A stretch of DNA of 64,000 nt from Eledone cirrhosa (taxonomy: Eukaryota), in NCBI GenBank assembly GCA_964016885.1, contig OZ024757.1, positions 15,438,001 to 15,502,000 on the forward strand, written 5' to 3'. Positions 40,450-54,350 of the stretch are shown here, piece by piece (position 1 is the stretch's first letter; every line of letters begins with the position of its first letter). The notes beneath the pieces were generated by a model. It had not been told where the DNA came from and did no database searches. It was given only the letters and a program-made list of their open reading frames with translations. A program made the translations under genes and the position numbers.

Positions 40450-40450
<1 letters not shown>
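40262..40450 (+). mobile_element. tRNA-derived SINE with Deu/Nin-like central domain
   Basis: A-box-like head, GAGTTCAAAT B box, then GCCTTTCATCCTTACGGGGTCGATAAAATAAAGTACCAG. Copies at about 32120-32290, 34830-35270, 45440-45590, 48820-49040, 49160-49375, 55838-56020, 59970-60155 and 62320-62980. Confidence 0.8.
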
Positions 40451-40515
<65 letters not shown>

Positions 40516-41206
40516 TGAAGGCATGTGGCTGAGTGGGTAAGAAATTGGATTCGCAATAGTGAGGTTGTGAGTTTGATTCCTGGATCGACCGATGTTCTTG
40601 AACAAGACACTTTATTTCACATTGCTTCTTCTACCTGGAGTTGCAACTGATAGATAGTATTAGCAATTGGAAAAAACCAATAGAAACATTGTTTCCTCGG
40701 TCCAATTTGATGAAAGTCGATCGTTCCTTCAATATATCATATATATATATCGAGATCAATGGTGCTATGCAGACCCACCTTCCCTTATGTACAAACTTAA
40801 ACCTGCAGTCAGTAGGCACCTTTTAACCCAATATACACTCCACCACACACCCCTACTCCATCCTCCACTTCCACCCACACCACCCTTTCTCTGTAAAGGT
40901 TATGTTGGTACCAGACAGAACATCCAGTCCACACGGTAAATGTGGTTGGCATTAGGAAGGGCTTCCAGCCAGAGACAGTTCTATATGAGCAAGACATAAT
41001 CACCCGACCAATCTTGCTTCAAGTAGGACAAACCCATCTAGACTATGTTAGCATGGATGATGATGATGATGATGATATATATATTCCAAAGTAAGGTTGT
41101 TTTTTTTATATATCCCACACAGGTAAACATATAGAAAAAAATAAGTTACAGGTTATTGTAAATAAAACTTCTTAAAGACTTCAATTTCATTTTCAACTTC
41201 TTTTAT

Positions 41207-41769
<563 letters not shown>

Positions 41770-42232
41770 ATATATATATATATACATACATATAAAGACC
41801 AAAATCCAGAGAGGAGTCGATAAGGGTTGTATATATATATAAGTATATATGTATAAACCTGTAGAGCAAATATTTATTAATAGTATAGATTAAAAGTTTA
41901 AGCAAAGAATTTGCACTAACAACATGACCCTCCCCAAATTTAACAAAGAATTTTTACTAATAATAAATATATATATATGTGTGTGTGTGTATAAATATGT
42001 GTCTACGTATATTCATGTGTCTACATATATAAAAGAGGCATAAATAAATCGAAATAAAATCATTTCGGTTTTGTTGTTCCATAAAATCTAAAAAATATCA
42101 TATTCCAGAGCATAGCCATATGATATTATAATGGAAATAACAATAATTATATTTTGTAAGACATAGGACAAGGCAGGAAATATTCAAAACAGAAAGTTAT
42201 CACTTACATTACTAATGCATACTATATATATA

Positions 42233-42407
42233 TAGGGAAATTCCATTATAACAAAATTCATGGGGTATAAAAAGAATTTGTTGTGACGAAAAATTCTTTA
42301 TATTGAGATCGACCTAACACATCGAGCGTGAGGTAGGGGATTGAAAAAAATGTCATTATACTGAAAACTTCATTATAATGGTATTCGTTATAACAGAATT
42401 TTACCTG
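42233..42407. mobile_element. Tc1/mariner (pogo/Tigger-like) MITE
   Basis: Imperfect TIRs tagggaaattccattataac / gttataacagaattttacctg flanked by TA. Confidence 0.5.
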
Positions 42408-42940
42408 TATATATATTTATTATTAGTACAGATTTTGGTCTTTATATTTATTATTACTACTTTTTGGCTCCTTTGGTAGAGCATTCTAACTTTGAATCTC
42501 TACAACCAACTACATCTCTACACCTTCTTCCAATGTAAGAAATCAATTTTTATCAACTCAATTTTTTATAAAAATTTTTTTCAAGCATTCAAAAATAGCA
42601 TATAGTGACAGGTATTTGTGAACACCTGTCTTCTTTTTGAATCATCCCTCCATCAAAGGTGAAGCATTTGCTTCTTCTAATGGCTAGAATATATGCAACT
42701 TGCCACACCTATATACTCATAGATTTCTTCGCTAACTGGAACAGTTGTGAAACCGACTGTCGGATTAATAGCCAATCATCTGTGAAGCCACAGATGTTCA
42801 CAATACGGAGGTCACATAATTAAACTGATGGTCACCACATGGACTACTGCTTACTATGAGACAAGCAATACCTATGAAAACTCGCTGGAACCTATGAAAA
42901 AGAAGAAAAAACCCAATAAAAATGTCAACTAGTCACTCAC

Positions 42941-43105
42941 CTTCGCTATCGTCATGTGCTTTTATAAAACAGGCTCTGTGAAAAGCTCCAGTATAAAATT
43001 CTAAACCAATAATGGCAAATATTATTATAGCAAAGAGTACCAACAGACAAACTTGTAACAATGGTGCCATGGCCCGAATAATTGATTTTAATACTACTTG
43101 TAAAC
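42941..43105 (-). CDS. Cav2: Cav2 exon, repeat I S4-S5 linker and S5 (165 nt)
   Basis: [55 protein letters not shown]; ctacag acceptor, gtgagt donor. Confidence 0.96.
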
Positions 43106-43334
43106 CTGTAGAAAGAGAAGAAGTGGAATATTAATGACATGAATATTTATGGTTTTTTCATAACATCAAAAACAGTTTTATTTTATACTAGAATTTTTTT
43201 CAACATGCTGTTGCGTGTATGAGTGTTTTATTACAGGCACACAAACACAGATACGCAAAAATAAATCGCTCAAATTTATATATAGATTGTACACACATGT
43301 GTAGTGAATGTTAGATGCTGTTTTCTGTAGTTTG

Positions 43335-43640
43335 TCATCACTCTTTCCTTCCCCAGTCATCTTTAGTGCATGATGTCATCACTCTTTCCTTCCTCAGTCA
43401 TCTCTAATGTGTGAAATCATCACCCCTTCCTTCCTCAATCATGTCTAGGGCATGAAATCATCACCCCTTCCTTCCCCAGTCATCTCTAGTGCGTGACGTC
43501 ATCACCCCTTCCTTCCTCAGTCATCTCTAGTGCGTGACGTCATCACCCCTTCCTTCCTCAGTCATCTCTAGTGTGTGACATCATCACCCCTTCCTTCCTT
43601 AATCATCTCTAGAGCATGACATCACCTCTTCCTTCCTCAG
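43335..43640. repeat. 41-bp minisatellite
   Basis: catcaccccttccttcctcagtcatctctagtgcgtgacgt, about 7 copies. Confidence 0.9.
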
Positions 43641-43711
43641 TTGTGAAAATACAATAGTAAATAAACAGGAATGTAAATGCTAAAGGGTTAATGTCTGTCA
43701 AACATAAATCC

Positions 43712-43990
43712 TCCTTTTACTTGTGTTAAAGATGTATCTTCACTTTATGTCTGTCAAACATAGATTGTCAGTTTATGTCAAACATAGATTGTCACTTTGT
43801 GTCTGTCAAACATAGATTGTAACTTTATGTCTGTCAAACATAGATTGTAACTTTATGTCTGTCAAACATAGATCGTAACTTTGTCTGTCAAACATAGATC
43901 GTAACTTTGTCTGTCAAACATAGATCGTCAATTTAAGGATGTCAAACACAGATCCCGACCCCACCCAAGGCTGTCAAACATATATCCTCA
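43712..43990. repeat. 26-28-bp minisatellite
   Basis: tgtctgtcaaacatagattgtaacttta repeated. Confidence 0.85.
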
Positions 43991-44014
43991 CTTTATCGGT
44001 GTCAAATGTAGTAG

Positions 44015-44370
44015 TGGTGGTGATGATGATGATGATGAGGGTGGTGTTGACGATGTTGCTGATGGTGATAATGGTGATGATGATTATGGCGAGTGTGATG
44101 ATGATGATGGTATTGATGGTGATGATGATGATGATGATGATGGTGTTGATGATGATGATGGTAATGATGATGATGGTGGTGTTGATGATGGTGTTGATGG
44201 CTATGATTATGATGATGATGATGATGATGAGTGTTATGATGATGATGGCGATGATGATGATGATGTTGAAGATTATGGTGTTGTTGTCAATGATAATTAT
44301 GATGACGCTGGTGTTGATGATGGTTTATGATGATGATGAAGACAATGATGATGATGATGATGATGATGAT
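44015..44370. repeat. Degenerate (GAT)n microsatellite
   Basis: Long GAT/GGT triplet tract. Confidence 0.95.
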
Positions 44371-44406
44371 ACAATATGAACTTAAGCAGCTGAATCATTT
44401 ACTTAC

Positions 44407-44504
44407 TTGGAATCCCCGAAACTAGTTTTAGAGGCCGCAGTACTCTGACTGCACGTAATGTCCGCAAATCAAACGAATTACTTGTAGGAAATATCGAAAT
44501 AAAT
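44407..44504 (-). CDS. Cav2: Cav2 exon, repeat I S4 voltage sensor (98 nt)
   Basis: [32 protein letters not shown] with R/K every third residue; tag acceptor, gtaagt donor; phases 2 and 1 match the neighbours. Confidence 0.96.
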
Positions 44505-44593
44505 CTACAAAACAATAGAAAATAAAGTAAGAATTTTCCATGCAACATTTCACTAATAATCTATAAATTTGACATTACATAATTATAAAGTAA

Positions 44594-44810
44594 AGGCGTG
44601 TGGCTAAGTGGTTAGAGAATTGGATTCACAATCTTGAGGTTGTGAGTTCGATTCCTGGACCGGGCGATGCGTTATGCCCTTGAGCAAGACACTTTATTTC
44701 ATGTTGCTCCTTCAACCTGGACTTGCGACCGGTAGATAGTACTAGCAACTGGAAAGACCGACGAAAACATTGTTTCCTCGGTCCGATTTGACGAAAGTCG
44801 ATCGATCCAC
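44594..44810 (+). mobile_element. tRNA-derived CORE-like SINE with hairpin tail
   Basis: TGGCTAAGTGG A box, GAGTTCGATTC B box, CCTTGAGCAAGACACTT core; flanked by ataattataaa repeats; copies at about 40518-40730 and 47915-48098. Confidence 0.8.
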
Positions 44811-45700
44811 TATAATTATAAAAACATAATTACAGAGGAACCTCGGTCAACGAACGCCTCTCATCATGAACAAATTTTTCTGAACATATAATGTCTCCAT
44901 TGACAAATGGTGTCTTGAGTAAGGAACATGCAAGCTGGCAACAAAGGTTGGTGACAAGCTTGGAGTATCAGCAGGAAAGTGTCACTTGCTGTGTAGTTAG
45001 TTACTATGGTGATATCTATCTGTCTCTCTCTCTCAACATTTTGTATGGGAAAAATAGTTTTGGTTTACAAACATTTCAGGTGACAAACGGCTTACAAGAA
45101 TGAAACCACATTAGCAAGACATGGTTGAAAACTATATCACAGAACTATGACTGTATCACATTAAAAATTACACTCTTTACTTTATTACTGTAGAGCTTTT
45201 TACAATGATCTTGTTCACTAGTAAAGATACTATAAACATTTGAATTCACAAACTTGTTTTTAAACATTTTCTGCTAAATCATTGTATGTATAGACTTGTA
45301 ACTCCAGGTAGTGTTGTAGATGCATCATCAGGGTATACAGTGTTTCTAAAATATTTTAAACCTAGCAAAGCCCATCTACTTTCCAGTCCTGAACATAGCT
45401 GATTTCTTCCTCAGAATGAGAGTGAGGGTGATAGAGAGGAAAATTTGACCCCAGCACTGGACTAGTATTTTTTTTTATATCAACCTTGAAAGGATGAAAG
45501 GCAAAGTAGACCTCAGCAAGATTTGAACTCAGCATGCAGAGAGCTGAAACAAATACCACAAGCTTTGGCAGAATTCTTTGCCAGTTCACTGCCTCTGAAT
45601 CATTACAGGATGTGAAAAGGTAAGAGTTAATGTGCATTGGAGCGTGACATATTTTGAGAGTTATTGAGAGTGTTTGTATTTAAAAGTATTGAGTACTTAC

Positions 45701-45840
45701 CCTGTGACAACTACTACAAAATCCATAATGTTCCAGATGTTGCGTAAATATGACCCTTTATGTAAGACAAAGCCTAAAGCAACGATTTTTAATAATGCTT
45801 CTACACAAAATATCCCAAGGAAATAGAACTCTGTTGCCTC
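45701..45840 (-). CDS. Cav2: Cav2 exon, repeat I S2-S3 (140 nt)
   Basis: [47 protein letters not shown]; tttacag acceptor, gtaagt donor. Confidence 0.97.
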
Positions 45841-45891
45841 CTGTAAAGTAGAAAAAAATAAAGACATTAGAAAATTAATATTAAACAAGAG

Positions 45892-46500
45892 GTTAGCCAT
45901 CATATTATCAAACAAAACCACTGTATACTCATTTAAAAGGAAAAGTTAGCCATCATATTCTCAAACAAAATCGGTGTATATTCATTTAAAAGAAGTTAGC
46001 CATCATATTCTCAAACAAAATCAGTGTATATTCATTTAAAAGGGAGAGTTAGCAATCATATTATCAAACAAAACCACTGTATACTCATTTAAAAGGAAAA
46101 GTTAGCCATCATATTCTCAAACAAAATCAGTGTATATTCATTTAAAAGAAGTTAGCCATCATATTCTCAAACAAAATCAGTGGATATTCATTTAAAAGGG
46201 AAAGTTAGCAATCATATTTTCAAACAAAACCACTGGATACTCATTTAACCCTTTAGCTTTAAACTGGACGTATTCAGCCACAATTCTCTCACCTCTTTCT
46301 ATTGAAACTAGCCGTAATCAGCTGCTCATATCAATGTTAAGGTATCGTTCTCAAAATAAATAACATCAAAATCTCGTAGCTTCAATATTATCTGAGGTAA
46401 ATCCATTACCATGAAAATACAATAGTAAATATAGAGCAATGTAAATGCTAAAGAGTTAAAAGGAAAAGTCAGCCATCATATTCTCAAACAAAACCCCTGT
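45892..46500. repeat. ~50-53-bp minisatellite interrupted by a MITE
   Basis: gttagccatcatattctcaaacaaaatcagtgtatattcatttaaaag repeated about 8 times. Confidence 0.9.
46249..46455. mobile_element. piggyBac-type MITE with TTAA target-site duplication
   Basis: TTAA|CCCTTTAGC...GCTAAAGAG|TTAA inserted in the catTTAAaagg of a minisatellite unit; related copies at about 30852-31045, 37440-37666 and 43644-43691. Confidence 0.8.
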
Positions 46501-47188
46501 ATATTGGTATTTTATTGACCTCGAAAAGGAGGAAGGTAAAGTGGACATCAGTGGGATTTGAACTCAGGACAAAGAGATTCGGACCAAATATCCAACACTA
46601 ATTACTCTGCTAAATCAAATGCCTTACAGAAGTATATATGGTACTCTTTTTTTTAACCCTTTTAATACCAAACTGCCTTAAACTTCCCCAGCAATCAATG
46701 CAGAAAAAATTATTAGATGTGTATATGTATACACACACACATTCATTTTATTAAGGCTAAATAATGAGTCTTGTTAATCTGGAGTTTCGTCTATTTATCA
46801 TAGGGTCATTAGACAAGAACATGAAAATTCTACTTCAGTATTGAGTAGTCTTATCTCTTAACTGTCAACCACATACAGACATATATGGATATATATATAT
46901 ATATATACCAAATATACTCGAATGTAAGCTGAGGAATATGTGACCAAAAATAATCAATGATAAAATGGGGGGTAGAATCGGCTTATATACACCATCTAAA
47001 CAATGTGGTGATTAGCTGCTTCAGCTTATAAATGGGGTTTGGATTTTTGCCCATTTCTCAGATATAAAATAGGGTTGGGGGGGGGGGGGGGGCTGGCTTA
47101 TATTAGGATCAGCTTATATATATATATATATATATATTCCCACCCTTGCAAGCAGGGAAAAGCGGACGTAAAATGATGATGATGATGA

Positions 47189-47223
<35 letters not shown>

Positions 47224-47556
47224 AAGGCACATGGCTTAGTGGTTACAGTGTTGGGCTTGGAATCAAGAGATTGTGAATTTGATTCTTGGATTGGGTGATG
47301 CATTGTGTCCTTGATCAAGACACTATTTCATGTTGTTCCAGTTCACTCAGCTGTAGAAATGAGTTGTGATGTCACTGGTGCCAAGCTGTATCGGCCATTG
47401 CCTTTCCCTTGGACAACACCAATGGCATGGAGATGGGAGACTGGTATGCATGGGTGACTGCTGGTCTTCCACAAACAAACTTGTCAAGACTTGTGCCTCA
47501 GAGGGGGACTTACTAAGTACAAATCACATCGTTATTCATGACCAAAGAAGGTCCTT
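47224..47556 (+). mobile_element. tRNA-derived CORE-like SINE, different tail
   Basis: A/B boxes, ccttgatcaagacac core, cactcagctgtagaaatgag; related copies at about 33850-34130 (+) and 56340-56480 (-). Confidence 0.7.
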
Positions 47557-48096
47557 TCTATATATATATATACATATATACATATAGTATATTTCTATTA
47601 TAAATATATTTTATTACATATTCTAGATTTGAACAAATTATCTCAGTATTTGTATTTCTCAGAAGAAAAAATATAACCTTAGCGGAACTTGAACTCAGAA
47701 CAGCAGGTTTAGAAGCTCTGCTCTTATACACAGATATATATAGATATGTCAATGATTTGTAAATGGTTCCACTCTGTAAACACAGTTAGCGTAAGAAGGG
47801 CATCCAGCTATAAAAAGTCTAGCCGAAATATAGTTCCGTAAAGTACAACACAGACAAGCATGGAAAAATAAGACAATTGGTGATGATGGGGATAATATAT
47901 ATATATATATATATTCGCAATCGTAAGGTTGTGAGTTCGATTCCTGGACCAGGTGATGCGTTATGTCCTTGAGCAAGACACTTTATTTCACGTTGCTCCT
48001 TCTACCTGGAGTTGCGACCGATAGATAGTATTAGCAATTGGAAAGACCAACGGAAACATTGTTCCCTCGGTCCGATTTGACGAAAGTCGATCGTTC

Positions 48097-48132
<36 letters not shown>

Positions 48133-48366
48133 CAAGCCTAGGTTTGGATGAAACAATTGTAAGTGAATAAATGCTTTGAACATAGCTTTGGTTCTTGTGA
48201 ATTCTATATAACTGCTCTGTAGATGTAGAACAACTGATGTTATTACATTGAGCTATTTATCTTACTGGTAGTAAGGTAGTAATAAATTACTGACCTTCAC
48301 TGTTTATAGTTTAAAATATACATAACTATAAAAAGTTTAAAATATACATAACTATAAATAGTATCC

Positions 48367-48421
<55 letters not shown>

Positions 48422-50055
48422 TTGGGAATGTAGCCAAAAGGATTAGAAAGCAAGAAATATGATCAGAACAGTTAGATCAATACGTATTTTAGTGATGGTA
48501 GGGTTGGGGTAAGCTGTTGCTGCTGTTGCTGTTGCTGTTCCTGTTTTAGTTAATCAACTAATTTAGAGAGATAGCTCAGCATCGATTTCTTATTAATTAG
48601 TAAAATAATAGGACTTTGGAGACTTAATCAAACATAGGTGTACCTTGTTAAGTAGAAAACATTTAAGAGTGCAATTTATTGAAAGTCAAAGATTAAAATA
48701 TAACCATGTTACCCTTTTATTCATTAATCCCTTTGATACCTAACTAACTGAAACTGACCCTGGTTCTATGATACAAAAATTATTAAGGATTTTTCATATT
48801 TTATTATTAATTCTTTATAGGGCGGTAGATTGGCAGAATTGGTAGAGCGTTGGACAACATGCTTAGCAGTATAGAGTTATGGTCATTTACGTTCTGAGTT
48901 TAAATCCCGCCGAGGTTAGCTTTGCCTTTTATCCTTAAGCGGTCGATAAAATAAAGTATCAGTAATGCACTGGTGTTGATTTAATCAATTTTCCCTTTCC
49001 CCCAAAATTGTTGACCTTGTGCCTAAATCAGAAACCATTATTAGGTCTTTATAGCTTGGAACTTTTCTTGCTTGATAGTAAAGTATCCAAGTTGCACTAC
49101 CATAAATGTTCAAATATTTTCCAGAGCCCATGATCCAAAAATCAAGAATGAAATAATAATGGTTTTTGATTTAGGCACAAGACCAACAATTTTGGAGAGT
49201 GGAAGTCGATTAAATCAGCCCAAATGTATTACTGGTACTTTATTTTATCAACCTTGTAAGGATGAAAGGCAAAGCTAACTTTAGCAGTATTTGAACTCTA
49301 GAAATAAAGGGCCATGCCATAACTCTATGTCGTGAAGCATGGTGTCCAATGCTCTACCAACATTGCCAATCCGCCAAGAATTAAATGATAATGGTGTATT
49401 GTCTGCACATTTTACAAACTTCTTAACTACATGGTCATGTCTGTGCCTATAGCTAAATAGGTAGATGTTCATATATATATTGAAAGAACAGGTATTTTTA
49501 ATCATATAGAAAGATTAGGTACAGTGAAATTATCACAGCAATACAAACTGTAGGATAAAATAGCTATAACATCACTAGAAATAGCTATCATGAAACTTTT
49601 TACTTCCACTCTATTCCCTCACAAACACTGAACGAAAGACTTTGGTTGTGGCAGTCACTGATAATCATGACTCCCAGAGCCATATCAAGGCACGGTTCTC
49701 AGCAAGGTGCTATCTCAGCTCAACCAATATCTCTGCATGCACAAGTTCACTTACAAACACCAACACATCACAAAATACTCTTACTTTTATCCACTACATC
49801 TAGCAATGGTTGAGGAAATAGTCTCTGTTTTATCAAACCTTTTTACATATTCTGGATGTTATATTTTGCTACATGGTTTCATTATATTCCATGACAAATA
49901 AAATTTAATTTCCTTGATAATCTGCCTTAATTCATTATTTATTATTCCTGATTACTTTTCCTCACACCAATTACACATACAACAACATACAATAACAGAT
50001 TGGCCAACATCAACAACACCATGAAACAACATTACTGCTTAAGATATCTACTTAC

Positions 50056-50161
50056 CAGCTGGACTGCTAGAGGTGTCTTGTCATTATTGGGAAGATGTTC
50101 TTCTAGTGCAAGCACTATACAGTTGGCAATGATAGTCAGTAGGACCATGTATTCAAATGGC
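50056..50161 (-). CDS. Cav2: Cav2 voltage-gated calcium channel alpha-1, exon encoding repeat I S1 (106 nt)
   Basis: Reads g|[35 protein letters not shown]; GTAAG donor; preceded by TTTCCTTAAC...CAC (U12 acceptor); joins the next exon in phase 0. Confidence 0.95.
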
Positions 50162-50182
50162 GTGAAACATTTGTTAAGGAAA
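50162..50182 (-). promoter_or_regulatory. U12-type branch site and AC 3' splice site
   Basis: Minus strand TTTCCTTAAC-aaatgtttc-AC|G. The U12 branch consensus ends 11 nt from the exon, and no AG acceptor is available. Confidence 0.9.
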
Positions 50183-50499
50183 TAATGTTTTGTATGAAAC
50201 ATAAATGGAACATATATAAAACAAACAAAGGTGAGTGTTTATTATTGGAAAGTTTACAATAACTTTTCAATAACCAATCAATTTAACCTCTTAATTACCA
50301 TTTCCAGTGAAGACACTGCTCATAATTTTCAAATAATTTTTAAAATAATCAAATATTATTTTCAAAATGATTTGTCAATAACAGACAGCATATTTCATTA
50401 GAAATGTGTTAATGCAAGAGTTAAACTAAATATTAATTAAATAGGAATAGAAAATGTGCTTTATACTATAAGATGCATGTGATGTTAACATATGAATAT

Positions 50500-50780
50500 G
50501 GCATCTTAACACAGACACATCACATCTTAACACAGAAATGAGACATCGTAACATAGAAATGTGACATTTTAACACACACATCACATCTTAACACAGGAAT
50601 ACCACATTTTAACACAGAAATGTGATAACACAGAAATGTGACATCTTAACATAGAAATATTACATCTTAACACAGAAATATCACATCTTAACACAGAAAT
50701 ACGACATCTTAATAAAGAGATATTACATCTTAACACAGAAACATGGCATCTTAACATAGCAATATGATATCTTAATAAAG
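50500..50780. repeat. ~21-bp degenerate tandem repeat
   Basis: acatcttaacacagaaatat repeated. Confidence 0.8.
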
Positions 50781-51801
50781 AAACATAAATAATTATTTAT
50801 AATGAGTAAAAATCTTGATGCTAATCCATCTAGAAATGTCCTTGGTTCTTTGATAAAAAAAAAAAAGCAATTGTTTTAAAATGTTTGTATTTAAATTTCA
50901 ACCTTTCATGTAATTTTTCTAAACACCGAGCCAATAATAAGTTAGTTATTAGCTAAATTCCACCAAATTTTTCATTATTTAAAAAAAGAATAATTGAAAA
51001 TCTTATGCAGTGTATTTCATTGGAAATATAGCAATGAAAGAGTTAAAATCATTGTAGGAAAGGGATTTGTTTAGCAAGAGATGTTTGCACAAATCATCTT
51101 CACCCTTTTGTTAACAAATGTTTTGAAATTGCCCCAGGTTCTGTTTGTGTAAAACCACCTTCCAGCATCATTTACATAAGAACTGATTTTAAGTTATGTT
51201 CATTAACACCAGCTTAATTAGAAAGTATATTACTAAATCCCTTCAAATTCTTGATTATCTTCAAAATTATCTGAAAATCATAGTCAGTGTCTTTCTTTAA
51301 AAAACATGGTAACAAAAGGATTAAAATGTTTATATATCTAAAAAATCCCCATCATAATTTTATATAAGAACCTTTGTTAAATTACATTCACAAACACGAG
51401 CTTAATAGAGAGAAAGTTAAATCCCTTGAAATTCTTGATAATTTTCAAAATTGTTTGAAAACCATAGGCAGTGTCTTTCATTAGAAAATTGGTAATGAAA
51501 GGGTTAAAATGTTTATATTTATCTAAAATTCTTCCATCATAGGTTTATCTGGAGCATAACATAGCTGGACATTTTAACACAGCCAAACACTTCCAGAGAA
51601 AGAGGAGTGAAAATGAGGAAAAGTAAGAGAGAACAAGAAAGAGTGAAAGTGAGAATTAGAGAGAGGGAGAGACAATAGACGAGAGGGGGAGAGGGGGGGG
51701 AGGAAAAGTAAAAGAGAACGAGGAAGAGTGAAAGTGAGAATTAGAGAAAGGGAGAGACAGCAGGTAAGTGTGTGTGTGAGGAGAGAAAGAGGAGAGGGAG
51801 T

Positions 51802-51834
<33 letters not shown>

Positions 51835-51999
51835 TCCTATCTCCAATACTGGGCTGGTTATTTATTTTCTGACCTCTATGTTTTTAAAGATATCGCTGGC
51901 CAAATCCATTTTTGATATTTTGCTACTTTATGTTGTATAGGTCATAGTTTAATGGTCTGGTTATTAATATCTAGCATACTGAAATAATAACACACTGTG

Positions 52000-52020
52000 T
52001 ATGTGTGTGGGTGTGTAGGT

Positions 52021-52051
<31 letters not shown>

Positions 52052-54350
52052 AGTGTGTGTGTGTCTGAGTGTGTATGTGTGCGAGTGTGTGAGTGTGAAT
52101 GTGAGAGTGTGTATGTGTCTCTGAATGTGTGAGTGTGAATGTATCTCTGAATGTGTGAGTGTGTATGTGTCTCTGAATGTGTGAGTGTGTATGTGTGAGT
52201 GTGAATGTGTCTCTGAATGTGTGAGTGTGTATGTGTCTCTGAATGTGTGAGTGTGAATGTGTCTCTGAATGTGTGAGTGTGTATGTGTCTCTGAATATGT
52301 GAGTGTGAATGTATCTCTGAATATGTGAGTGTGAATGTATCTCTGAATGTGTGAGTGTGTTTGTGTCTCTGAATGTGTGTATGTGTATGTATCTCTGAAT
52401 GTGTGAGTGTGTATGTGTCTCTGAATGTGTGAGTGTGTATGTGTCTCTGAATGTGTGAGTGTGTATGTGTCTCTGAATGTGTGAGTGTGAATGTATCTCT
52501 GAATGTGTGAGTGTGTATGTGTCTCTGAATGTGTGAGTGTGTATGTGTCTCTGAATGTGTGAGTGTGTATGTGTCTCTGAATGTGTGAGTGTGAATGTAT
52601 CTCTGAATGTGTGAGTGTGTATGTGTCTCTGAATGTGTGAGTGTCTATGTGTATGTGTCTCTGAATGTGTGAGTGTGTATGTGTCTCTGAATGTGTGAGT
52701 GTGTATGAGTCTCTGAATGTGTGAGTGTGTATGAGTCTCTGAATGTGTGAGTGTGTATGTGTCTCTGAATGTGTGAGTGTGAATGTGTCTCTGAATGTGT
52801 GAGTGTGTATGTGTCTCTGAATGTGTGAGTGTGAATGTGTCTCTGAATGTGTGAGTGTGAATGTATCTCTGAATGTGTGAGTGTGTATGTGTCTCTGAAT
52901 GTGTGAGTGTGTATGTGTCTCTGAATGTGTGAGTGTGTATGTGTCTCTGAATGTGTGAGTGTGTATGTATCTCTGAATGTGTGAGTGTGTATGTGTCTCT
53001 GAATGTGTGAGTGTGTATGTGTCTCTGAATGTGTGAGTGTGTATGTGTCTCTGAATGTGTGAGTGTGTATGTGTCTCTGAATGTGTGAGTGTGTATGTGT
53101 CTCTGAATGTGTGAGTGTGTATGTGTCTCTGAATGTGTGAGTGTGAATGTATCTCTGAATGTGTGAGTGTGTATGTATCTGTGAGTGTGTATGTGTCTCT
53201 GAATGTGTGAGTGTGTATGTGTCTCTGAATGTGTGAGTGTGTATGTGTCTCTGAATGTGTGAGTGTGAATGTATCTTTGAATGTGTGAGTGTCTATGTGT
53301 CTCTGAATGTGTGAGTGTGTATGTGTCTCTGAATGTGTGAGTGTGTCTCTGAATGTGTGAGTGTGTTTATGTCTCTGAATGTGTGAGTGTGTCTCTGAAT
53401 GTGTGAGTGTGTTTGTGTCTCTGAATGTGTGTATGTGTATGTGTCTCTGAATGTGTGAGTGTGTATGTGTCTCTGAATGTGTGAGTGTGTATGTGTCTCT
53501 GAATGTGTGAGTGTGTATGTGTCTCTGAATGTGTGAGTGTGTCTCTGAATGTGTGAGTGTGTATGTGTCTCTGAATGTGTGAGTGTGTCTCTGAATGTGT
53601 GAGTGTGTATGTGTCTCTGAATGTGTGAGTGTGTCTCTGAATGTGTGAGTGTGTATGTGTCTCTGAATGTGTGAGTGTGAATGTATCTCTGAATGTGTGA
53701 GTGTGTATGTGTCTCTGAATGTGTGAGTGTGTATGTGTCTCTGAATGTGTGAGTGTGTATGTGTCTCTGAATGTGTGAGTGTGTATGTGTCTCTGAATGT
53801 GTGAGTGTGAATGTGTCTCTGAATGTGTGAGTGTGAATGTATCTCTGAATGTGTGAGTGTGTATGTGTCTCTGAATGTGTGAGTGTGTATGAGTCTCTGA
53901 ATGTGTGAGTGTGTATGTGTCTCTGAATGTGTGAGTGTGTATGTGTCTCTGAATGTGTGAGTGTGTATGTGTCTCTGAAAGTGTGAGTGTGTATGTGTCT
54001 CTGAATGTGTGAGTGCGTATGTATCTCTGAATGTGTGAGTGCGTATGTGTCTCTGAATGTGTGAGTGTGTATGAGTCTCTGAATGTGTGAGTGTGTATGT
54101 ATCTCTGAATGTGTGAGTGTGTATGTGTCTCTGAATGTGTGAGTGTGTATGTGTCTCTGAATGTGTGAGTGTGTATGTGTCTCTGAATGTGTGAGTGTGT
54201 ATGTGTCTCTGAATGTGTGAGTGCGTATGTGTCTCTGAATGTGTGAGTGCGTATGTGTCTCTGAATGTGTGAGTGTGAATGTATCTCTGAATGTGTGAGT
54301 GTGTATGTGTCTCTGAATGTGTGAGTGTGTCTCTGAATGTGTGAGTGTGG
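52000..54350. repeat. 26-bp minisatellite with a 20-bp variant, grown out of (TG)n
   Basis: GTGTGAGTGTGTATGTGTCTCTGAAT repeated; the left edge grades into pure TG. Confidence 0.97.

Noticed and set aside
42715-42770. GAAAC...GTC with nearby hairpins as a further hammerhead
   Set aside because: No recognisable CUGANGA-type core or stem I found.
43939-44379. Poly-Met ORF
   Set aside because: Translation of a (GAT)n microsatellite.
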